Positions 56,520 through 64,000 of a stretch of DNA of 64,000 nt are shown here, piece by piece. The stretch spans positions 537-64,536 of the forward strand of contig JACRKG010000011.1 of the NCBI GenBank assembly GCA_016215315.1, read 5' to 3'. Each line of letters begins with the position of its first letter. Position 1 is the first letter of the stretch. A program made the position numbers and the translations under genes. Origin of the DNA: Candidatus Woesearchaeota archaeon (GTDB lineage: Archaea; Nanobdellota; Nanobdellia; Woesearchaeales; ARS49). Under the pieces are notes generated by a model. That model worked only from the letters and a program-made list of their open reading frames with translations, was not told where the DNA came from and ran no database searches.

Positions 56520-57392
56520 TCAGCCCATGTGCGCATGCTTATGACTTAATACTTCGTAGAATGAGTCAAATATTGGTTTATCCGAGGAGAAGCTGTAGAA
56601 TTCTGCTCCTGCTTCGTCGCATGCTTTTAGTATTTCATTTTTGTGTTTTGCTAGGTTTAGTAAGTATTGCTTTCTTAAGTATGGGTTAACATAAGTTCTT
56701 AGTTGTTCTTTGCTTTCTAAATCTCTTAATTTAAAGTCTCCATCTAAATTTAAGTCTGCTTCTACTGGATCTAAGACTTGTATTAGTTTTACTTCGTTAT
56801 GTTTTAGTTTTAGTAATGTTGTTCTTATTTGGTCTATATCATATAAGAAGTCAGAAATCAGTATTATTAGTGATTTGGTATTGATTACTTTTTTGTAAGA
56901 GGATAATGATTCTTGTAAGTTTGATAGTCCTTGAGGTTTTTCATTGTTTAAGTGGTCTAATAGTACCATTAATTGTTGTCTTCCTCTTTTTGGTCTGAAT
57001 ATTGTTAGTTTGTCAGCAAATGTTGATAGAACAAATTTTTCGTTGTTTTTCATTGCCATAAATGCAAAGCCTATTCCTAGCATTGATGCATATTCAGATT
57101 TTTTTAGCTTGGCACTTTTGAAGTCCATGCTTGCGCTGAAATCTACAATTACGTGAATGGTTAAGTTTCTTTCTTCTTCGAATCTTTTAATGAATAATTT
57201 GTCTGTTCTTCCAAATACTTTCCAGTCTATTGCTCTGAAGTTTTCTCCAGGACTATAGATGGTGTAATCTTTGAATACTAATCCTTCTCCAGTATGCTTA
57301 CTTACTCTTTCTCCAGTGTAGTTTGAAGTAATTCGTTTGTTAATTATTAAACTCATCCTATCAAGGTGATCCAAGAACTCTATGTCAATCAT
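56520..57392 (-). CDS. DUF58 (VWA-like) MoxR partner
   Basis: FKDYTIYSPGE..RAIDWK, VDFSASM, ISDF. Confidence 0.93.
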   Translation of the reverse strand: MIDIEFLDHLDRMSLIINKRITSNYTGERVSKHTGEGLVFKDYTIYSPGENFRAIDWKVFGRTDKLFIKRFEEERNLTIHVIVDFSASMDFKSAKLKKSEYASMLGIGFAFMAMKNNEKFVLSTFADKLTIFRPKRGRQQLMVLLDHLNNEKPQGLSNLQESLSSYKKVINTKSLIILISDFLYDIDQIRTTLLKLKHNEVKLIQVLDPVEADLNLDGDFKLRDLESKEQLRTYVNPYLRKQYLLNLAKHKNEILKACDEAGAEFYSFSSDKPIFDSFYEVLSHKHAHMG

Positions 57393-57393
57393 A

Positions 57394-57477
57394 GTAAAAC
57401 CTCTTGGTTTTACCGACATCAACGGTGTCTAATGGAGTCATAAATATTTGTAGGTGTCGGGGAAGGTCGCGGGAGTC
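57394..57477 (-). promoter_or_regulatory. Riboswitch-like motif copy 3 plus RBS-sequestering hairpin
   Basis: CCGACACC..GACACCG-TT-GATGTCGG, then GTAAAACC-AAGA-GGTTTTAC-T-ATG. Confidence 0.65.
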
Positions 57478-57502
57478 AAAAACATTTTCTAGACTTTTCA
57501 TT

Positions 57503-58438
57503 TTAAAGGATTTTTTTAATTACATCATCTACTTTTAGATTGCTTTTTTCTGCTTCAAACGTAGGTATTATTCTGTGTCTTAGTATTGGTAGTGCCATGT
57601 TTTTTACGTCATCTTTGCTTACGTATTTTCTTCCGTTTAGTAATGCTCTTGCTTTTGCTGAAATTACTAGTCCTAGTGATGCTCTTGGTGATGCTCCGTA
57701 TTCTATTAGTTGTGGGCTATTTCTTGTTTTTGTTACTATGTCGACTGCGTATTTTTTTATGTCGTTTGCTATTGGTATGCTTTTTGATAGTTGTTGTAGT
57801 TGCAATAATTCTGCTTTTTTTAGTACAACTCTTACTTTTGCTTCTTCTGCTTGTTCTGCATACCTGTTTACTATTTCTAGTTCTTCTTGAAATGTGGGGT
57901 ATGAAACATTGATTTTTAGCAAGAATCTGTCGCTTTGCGCTTCTGGTAATGGATAGGTTCCTTCTTGTTCGATTGGGTTTTGTGTTGCTAGTACAAAGAA
58001 TGGTTTGTCTAATTGGTATGTTGTGTTTCCTACTGTTACTTGTCTTTCTTGCATCGCTTCTAAGAGTGCTGATTGTGTTTTTGGTGTTGCTCTGTTGATT
58101 TCGTCTGCTAAAACCAGATTTGCGAATACTGGTCCTGGTTGGAATTTGAAGTTTCTTTTTCCTCCAGTTGTTTCTTCTATTAAGTATGTTCCTGTGATGT
58201 CTGATGGCATTAAGTCTGGAGTGTTTTGTATTCTTGAGAATTTTAGTTCCATCATTTCTGCCATGGTTTTTACTACTAGTGTTTTTGCTAGTCCGGGATA
58301 TCCTTCTAGTAGTGCGTGTGCGTTGCATAGTAATGCTATCATTACTTCTCCAACCATTTCTTCTTGCCCTACTATTACTCTTCCCACTTCCGAGAATGAT
58401 TTATCAATTAATTTTTTTGCGTCAGCAACTTTCATCAT
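57503..58438 (-). CDS. moxR: MoxR family AAA+ ATPase
   Basis: LEGYPGLAKT, TPDLMPSD, LADEINR, TQNPIEQEGTYPLPEAQ. Confidence 0.96.
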   Translation of the reverse strand: MMKVADAKKLIDKSFSEVGRVIVGQEEMVGEVMIALLCNAHALLEGYPGLAKTLVVKTMAEMMELKFSRIQNTPDLMPSDITGTYLIEETTGGKRNFKFQPGPVFANLVLADEINRATPKTQSALLEAMQERQVTVGNTTYQLDKPFFVLATQNPIEQEGTYPLPEAQSDRFLLKINVSYPTFQEELEIVNRYAEQAEEAKVRVVLKKAELLQLQQLSKSIPIANDIKKYAVDIVTKTRNSPQLIEYGASPRASLGLVISAKARALLNGRKYVSKDDVKNMALPILRHRIIPTFEAEKSNLKVDDVIKKIL

Positions 58439-58532
58439 ATTTTTTCCTCCGGAAAAAATCTATTATTCCTCACTTCGTTCGGAACATAAATATTTTCCTA
58501 TACTACTTCTTTTTTTGTTTTTTGTTGAGAAT

Positions 58533-58558
58533 TTTAAAAACGAAGCTTCGTTTTTAAA
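58533..58558. repeat. Perfect 26-bp palindrome
   Basis: TTTAAAAACGAAGCTTCGTTTTTAAA. Confidence 0.7.
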
Positions 58559-58560
58559 TT

Positions 58561-59343
58561 CTACTTGCTTATTCTGCTAAAATAATCTTTAACTATTAAA
58601 TGATAATCTTCAGGTATGTTCTCTTGATAGCTTACGTCTGATGTTGCTTTTATTTCTTTTGGTTTATAATTGCTTTCAAAAGTGTTTTTTTCGGGATCTT
58701 TAATTTTGCTTATATCAATATCGGTTTGTACTGGGCTTAATACTAGTTGTAGTTCTTGGTAGCCTAGTTCTGCTATTGATTTGTTTCCGTAAATATCCTC
58801 TAATTTTTGTGATTCATTTAAGTAAAGTGTTTCGTCTTGAACATTATATGCAGGTAATTGGGCTATTTTTTCTTTTAAGTTGGACAATAAATCTGCAAAG
58901 TTTAGTAGTGAGATGTTTGCTGCTGCAATAAATATAATCAAAAAGGACAATATTACTAATAGAGTTATTCTTCCAGTTATTTGGCCAAATTTTAGGAATA
59001 CTGCGTTGTTTATCATTCCCATCTTTTTGAGTACTTCTTCATTAAGTTCATTGATCACAGAATCGTCTTTGTGTAAATTGTCTGCAACTGTTCTTAGTTG
59101 TTCTCTTAAGAAGGGAACTCTTCTTTCTATGTATTCAAAATGAGCTGATTTGATTACATACCAAGTGTGAAGCAGTAAGTATAAAACAAAGGGAATAAAT
59201 GTGTAATAGAAAGGTATTTGTATTAATAAAAACACTAAGAAGAATATAGAAAAAACAACCAAACTATCTATTAAACTATTTGTGGCTGCCATTATTACTA
59301 CATTAAATTTCAATTCCCTCAGTGCTTTCTCAATTGTTTTCAT
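58561..59343 (-). CDS. Membrane protein of the MoxR operon
   Basis: TM helices, LREQLRTVADN, C-terminal IVKDYFSRI. Confidence 0.8.
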   Translation of the reverse strand: MKTIEKALRELKFNVVIMAATNSLIDSLVVFSIFFLVFLLIQIPFYYTFIPFVLYLLLHTWYVIKSAHFEYIERRVPFLREQLRTVADNLHKDDSVINELNEEVLKKMGMINNAVFLKFGQITGRITLLVILSFLIIFIAAANISLLNFADLLSNLKEKIAQLPAYNVQDETLYLNESQKLEDIYGNKSIAELGYQELQLVLSPVQTDIDISKIKDPEKNTFESNYKPKEIKATSDVSYQENIPEDYHLIVKDYFSRISK

Positions 59344-59344
59344 C

Positions 59345-59866
59345 TTATGAATTTTGGCAAGCAGCTAGACTGCTTTTGCAAGATGCTAATGAGTTGCTCA
59401 AACTATTAACGTTATCTTTGTAAGAATTACTTAATGCTATTAGTTCATTCACTTTTTCTTGTAATTGGTTGTTTGAGGCTTCAAGGTTGGCGTAATCGAA
59501 TTCTAATTTTTGATTTCTTGTTTTTAAATTATTATTCAGAATTTCTAAGTCGTCAGATTTTAACTTAAACTGGTCTTTTTCTTTGGCCACTTTGTCTTTT
59601 TCTGTTTTTACTTCTTGATATTTTTGGCTGAATTCTTCTTCACGTTCTGATTTAGTTGATAATTCTGTTTCTATTTTTTTAAGTAGTGCTTGTTTTTGTT
59701 CTAACTCTTGTTTTATTCCTGTTAGATCAGTATTTAGTCCGGAATATTCTGAATTTATTTTTTTAAATGTATAATTAAAATAAACTGTTGCTGATACTAG
59801 CCCTAATGAAGCTAGAAGTATCAGGAACAAAAGGAACAAGTTTGCATTTTTTGTTATGAAAGCCAT
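59345..59866 (-). CDS. Membrane-anchored coiled-coil protein
   Basis: N-terminal TM plus long heptad repeat. Confidence 0.8.
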   Translation of the reverse strand: MAFITKNANLFLLFLILLASLGLVSATVYFNYTFKKINSEYSGLNTDLTGIKQELEQKQALLKKIETELSTKSEREEEFSQKYQEVKTEKDKVAKEKDQFKLKSDDLEILNNNLKTRNQKLEFDYANLEASNNQLQEKVNELIALSNSYKDNVNSLSNSLASCKSSLAACQNS

Positions 59867-59867
59867 A

Positions 59868-62297
59868 CTATTCACTTCGGAAATAACGCCTTATAAATAT
59901 TTCTATTAAAAACAAAATCATTGCAGCCAATAAGAATGGCCACCTGAGTGTTTCTTTTGAAGTTACCACTCTTTTTGATCTCGTTTTTGCGTATTCATAA
60001 ATGCCATTTATATCACTTGGTTCAAACATTAGTCCACCTGTTGAGCTGACAAAATTTCTTAGTTCTTGATTAAGTCCTAAGTTTTGGTATTCTAAAGGAT
60101 AATTGCTTGCAAAAGTCGAGGATAATACTTCTTGGAAGCCTATTTTTTCTGGAACTACTGTTGTTTGATATGTGTTTTCGTCTGTTTTGTAAAAAGTATG
60201 TTCTGGACTTTTTGGTTGTTGTTTTGATTTTATTGTTAAAATTGCAGGTTCTCCCACTCTTGTATCTTTTACATTGATTCCTTCCTCTAGTTTTCTGTCG
60301 GGTTCTCCTATTGCCCAGTTTAGTGATCTTACTAGTATTTTTGAATTTTTACCGCTCATTAATTCTGCAGCCCACACACTTCCATCATCTATTGCATATG
60401 CTCCAACTCTTCCTAGACCTACTCTCCACACTGCAAATATTGGGTCTCCTTTGTTTGTTGTTAATAGTAATCTTGCAGATGTTTTTGGTACTACGTCATT
60501 AAATCCATAAATTGAAGCACTTATGTTTGCTAAGTCGTTTGTTATGAAATGGTTGCTGTTTAGTACTGTGAGTGTTGGTGTTTTTGTTTTATCTTCGTCT
60601 AGATCTCCAAATAATATTTTTATTTTTGATACTTCATCTGCTTTGAAGAATACTCCATTTGTTAGTTCTGCTATTCTCATCATTGCTAAATCATCAGTTT
60701 TTTCTCCAACTCCAACTGTGTATATTCTTGCTCCTATGTTTGCTGCTTTTTTTGCCGCTTCATAAGCCACATTTATTGTTTCTGCAGTGTCTTTTCCATC
60801 GCTAATTAGGATTATGTTTTTGCTTCCAGGAACTGTTTCTAATAATTGTTCTGCTTTTAATATTCCTTGACTTATTGCTGTACTGCTGAAGTGTTTTAGT
60901 TTGGATATTCTTTCCTCAACATCTCCTTTTGAGAATAATATTTCCATTGGAGATACTAGGTATGCTTGGAAGTTGAATGCTACTACTGCCAACCGTACAT
61001 TAGGTCGGATGTTTTTTAGTACATCTAGAGCTAATGCTTTTTCTACGTCTACAGATAATACTCCTTCTGCAAGTTGTGCTCCTTGACTTCCCGAAATATC
61101 AACAACTATCACTATGTTCATGTCGCTTTCTTTTCTTCCTGCTTTTCCTACTTGTACTGGCATGATTAGTGTTTCAAAAGGAGAAGCTCTGTATAAACCG
61201 TCGTTGTAACTGTTGTATCCTCCAAATACTAGCATTCCGTTACCATCTCTTAAATATTCTAATAATGTATCCACATGAGGATTTAGATCGTTTGAGTGTA
61301 CATCATTTACCATTACTGCGTATGCGTCTTTTAATAACTCTTTAAGTTGCGACTCTTCAGGCATATAAGGCAGTTCTTTTACTTTTACTACTTGTTCAAG
61401 AAGTGTTTTGATTGGTGATTTTGGATTTTTTGAGATTAATAATACTTGGGGTTGTGGAACTACTTGTACTGATTTGTAGAATGCATTATTTTCTTGAATA
61501 TCATCATTAACTGAGATTTCTGCGCTTACTTTATGGAAGCCTGTTGCGAATTTTTGTGATACAGTTACTATTTTTTCAGTAGTTACTTGTTCGTAAACGA
61601 TTTTTCCATCAATTGTTACTTTTAATGGTACACTACTTATTTTTCCTACTTTGTTTATCATTATGTTAAATGTATTTTCTACGTCTTCTGTTGATTTGTC
61701 CGGTCCTTGTATTGAAACGCTTGCTTCATCTTTTACTTGAGCTAATTGTACTCCATTAATTGTACTGTTAAGGTTGCTTGCATACAATACTACATCCCCT
61801 AAGGAAGTTCCTTTTGTTACTTGTCCATCGCTCACTAGTAATATGTTATCATTTTTGCTTAATTGACTTAGTACTTCATCACCTAACTCGCTTTCTTCTC
61901 TTCTTCCTATTGTCATTACTTGGACATCTATTTTATCTCTTAATGCATCAATGCTAGATTGAGGAAATGAGTCTAGAACAGACATACTGCTTGAATTGTC
62001 TATTAATATTTTGAGGAAAAGATCTCCTTGAATTTCTTTTTCAACTTCAACATAATATCCCGTTAATGCAAGAAGTAATAAGAAAAAGATTATTGTTCTG
62101 CTTATCAAAACCATCTTTTGAACTAATAAACGTTTTTGTTTCACATGTTCTTCTTCTTGTAATTTTAAGTATTCTCCTTTAATAAAATACCAAAGTATGA
62201 AGAATATAGGAATTATTAATAACAATAACCACGCTTTTTCCATGCTTAAAGATATGTTAAAAAAATACAGTAGTTTTTCTATTGTTTCAATCATCAT
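59868..62297 (-). CDS. Membrane VWA + GATase1-like domain protein
   Basis: DNSSSM and VDISGSQ MIDAS motifs, ISDG, GNGMLVFGG, GLGRV. Confidence 0.88.
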   Translation of the reverse strand: MMIETIEKLLYFFNISLSMEKAWLLLLIIPIFFILWYFIKGEYLKLQEEEHVKQKRLLVQKMVLISRTIIFFLLLLALTGYYVEVEKEIQGDLFLKILIDNSSSMSVLDSFPQSSIDALRDKIDVQVMTIGRREESELGDEVLSQLSKNDNILLVSDGQVTKGTSLGDVVLYASNLNSTINGVQLAQVKDEASVSIQGPDKSTEDVENTFNIMINKVGKISSVPLKVTIDGKIVYEQVTTEKIVTVSQKFATGFHKVSAEISVNDDIQENNAFYKSVQVVPQPQVLLISKNPKSPIKTLLEQVVKVKELPYMPEESQLKELLKDAYAVMVNDVHSNDLNPHVDTLLEYLRDGNGMLVFGGYNSYNDGLYRASPFETLIMPVQVGKAGRKESDMNIVIVVDISGSQGAQLAEGVLSVDVEKALALDVLKNIRPNVRLAVVAFNFQAYLVSPMEILFSKGDVEERISKLKHFSSTAISQGILKAEQLLETVPGSKNIILISDGKDTAETINVAYEAAKKAANIGARIYTVGVGEKTDDLAMMRIAELTNGVFFKADEVSKIKILFGDLDEDKTKTPTLTVLNSNHFITNDLANISASIYGFNDVVPKTSARLLLTTNKGDPIFAVWRVGLGRVGAYAIDDGSVWAAELMSGKNSKILVRSLNWAIGEPDRKLEEGINVKDTRVGEPAILTIKSKQQPKSPEHTFYKTDENTYQTTVVPEKIGFQEVLSSTFASNYPLEYQNLGLNQELRNFVSSTGGLMFEPSDINGIYEYAKTRSKRVVTSKETLRWPFLLAAMILFLIEIFIRRYFRSE

Positions 62298-64000
62298 TAG
62301 AGCATTCCTCTAAATTTTAGGTAGACTAATTCTCCTGAAATTGCAAGTATTGCCAAGAGTATTATTATTGGACTTATATCAAATGTTCTTTTTTCTTTTA
62401 TTGCCTGTACTTGATATGCTTCGGCACTTTTTTCTGTTACACTTTTTACTGCAGTTATGCTGCTTTCTCGTTCATCTAATAAGTTTGATGCAATTTTTTG
62501 TCCTGGAAGTTTGTAAATTCCTGCATCTTCAAGTAATACGGTTTGAGTTACAACTCTTCTTCCTGAGGGCAGTTCTACTTCTTGAGGTTGTGATGTGCTT
62601 AAAAAATCTTTAGTTAAATGATTTAGTTGATTAAGATCTTGTTTTTCTAGCAAAAATTTTATTAGTTCTGTCCAAAATATTGGGTAACTTGGAGAAAATT
62701 TGAAGTCACTTGCTCCCTCCATTATTCCGTAATAAATTATTTTTCCTCTACCTTTTTGCTGCATTCCTATTATTGTTTGGTTTTCTGCAGTTACAAAAGG
62801 AGTTAATGGATTATCACTGCCTAAAGTCCAGTGATATTCTACTTTTCCAAAATCTGCATTTCTCGTGAACTTATTTACTTGTTGAACTATTAAGTCTGCA
62901 CCGCTTCTTATTTTTTCAAGTACGGGCAAATTAAATAGCGGGTTTAAATTTATTTTATCCATATTTTCTTGAGTATTAATTACAAGGCTTGCTCCTGCTT
63001 CAACTCGTGCATTTAAGTCTTCAAAAGTTCCAGTTAAGATTTCGTTTGGATCAATATTTTGTAAAAAATAAATATCATAGTCTCCTCCCGGAATGATTGG
63101 GGGGTTAGTAACTTCTACATCTAAAAGTTTTGTTGCTTTTAGTGCATTTGTCAAGAATATTGAGTCGTTATTTGTTATTATTAATGCTTTAGATTTTAAC
63201 TGATCTGGAGCACTTATGTAAGCATAATTATCTAAGTCCAAGTCATCTTTAGGACTTATTTCTAGCTTTGTTATTCCTCCAACTGTTTGAAATGAGAATG
63301 GTTCTACTTGTCCTGGTTCTAAAGTAATTTCTTTTGTTAAGTCATTCGCTGTTAAGGTTACTTTTTTTGGTTCATTATTGAAATTTTTAATGTATGCTAC
63401 ACTTGCTTGATCATCAACAACCAATTTTACGAAACCAACATTATCTTTTTCTTGATCATTTGCAATATTAACAAAATCAACTATCATTCCTTTAGATTCT
63501 AGTATTGATTTTGCTGTTGATGGGTCTTGCCCTTCAGTATTTATGAAATCACTTATTACAATTATTCTTCCTTCTCTGTTTTTGTCTGCTTGTTCAAGAA
63601 TGCTTCCTGCAGCAAGTATTGCATCGCCTAATCTTGTTGAAGATTCTGAAGGTCTTAAGCTATTTATGAAATCTACCGTTTCGCTTTTTCCTTTATCTTT
63701 GAGAGCTATTTTAGTATAATATTTTGCCAAAACAACTGTGTTTCTCGAACCAGCCACTTCTTTTGCTTTTTGCATCATTTTTTGAAATCTTGTTGTTCCA
63801 TCTTCTTTTGTTTGCATACTTGCACTCACATCAAGAACTAAAACTGTGTGAGCCGCACTTATGTCATGGAAGTATTCCATTATTGGTGCTAAAACTGCAA
63901 GAGTTATCAATAGAAGAACTAATAATTGAATAAGAAATAACCAGTCTTTTGTTAATTGTTTCAAGAAAGAAGTAATTTTGTTTGTCCCCATTGATTTAAG
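62297..64000 (-). CDS. BatA-like VWA membrane protein (5' partial)
   Basis: LIQLLVLLL..AP, LDVSASM, ISDF, C-terminal TM; frame open to the window edge. Confidence 0.88.
   Translation of the reverse strand, partial: LKSMGTNKITSFLKQLTKDWLFLIQLLVLLLITLAVLAPIMEYFHDISAAHTVLVLDVSASMQTKEDGTTRFQKMMQKAKEVAGSRNTVVLAKYYTKIALKDKGKSETVDFINSLRPSESSTRLGDAILAAGSILEQADKNREGRIIVISDFINTEGQDPSTAKSILESKGMIVDFVNIANDQEKDNVGFVKLVVDDQASVAYIKNFNNEPKKVTLTANDLTKEITLEPGQVEPFSFQTVGGITKLEISPKDDLDLDNYAYISAPDQLKSKALIITNNDSIFLTNALKATKLLDVEVTNPPIIPGGDYDIYFLQNIDPNEILTGTFEDLNARVEAGASLVINTQENMDKINLNPLFNLPVLEKIRSGADLIVQQVNKFTRNADFGKVEYHWTLGSDNPLTPFVTAENQTIIGMQQKGRGKIIYYGIMEGASDFKFSPSYPIFWTELIKFLLEKQDLNQLNHLTKDFLSTSQPQEVELPSGRRVVTQTVLLEDAGIYKLPGQKIASNLLDERESSITAVKSVTEKSAEAYQVQAIKEKRTFDISPIIILLAILAISGELVYLKFRGML

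Noticed and set aside
57540-58580. Several long overlapping ORFs over moxR, and similar shadow ORFs throughout
   Set aside because: Antisense or alternate-frame shadows of strongly biased real genes, with no motifs or RBS.
56520-64000. MoxR-DUF58-VWA operon as a novel system
   Set aside because: Well-known gene association; only its RNA-level control features are reported.

Overview
Gene-dense, AT-rich (roughly 30% GC by eye) archaeal chromosome segment, most consistent with a DPANN archaeon (Woesearchaeota-like; inferred from the archaeal rps13-rps4-rps11-rpoD-tRNA-Leu-rpl18e-rpl13-rps9 cluster, a minimal histone, BRE/TATA promoters and S-layer-like proteins). Core genes include gltX, metG, proS, tRNA-Pro(GGG), tRNA-Leu(GAG), a cysteine desulfurase, a DUF1858-IscA fusion, oligoendopeptidase F, an SSB and a MoxR/DUF58/VWA operon. 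Accessory genes include TA-like cassettes, surface proteins and paralog families. The most notable observations are: (1) a three-copy riboswitch-like leader motif (CGACACC...GRYACCG..GATGYC) upstream of a K+/H+ antiporter, a metallophosphoesterase and a DUF58 gene; (2) a MetRS with an inserted B3/4 editing-type domain; (3) two five-box operator arrays with 19-21 bp spacing on a shared promoter, each in front of an unannotated small membrane peptide; (4) oriented heptamer arrays directly after stop codons; (5) two unassigned structured ncRNA candidates; (6) an (AT)8 tract in the signal peptide of an adhesin; and (7) an operon of proteins sharing an N-terminal coiled-coil module with variable C-termini. 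All calls come from motif reading only; no database searches or folding programs were run.
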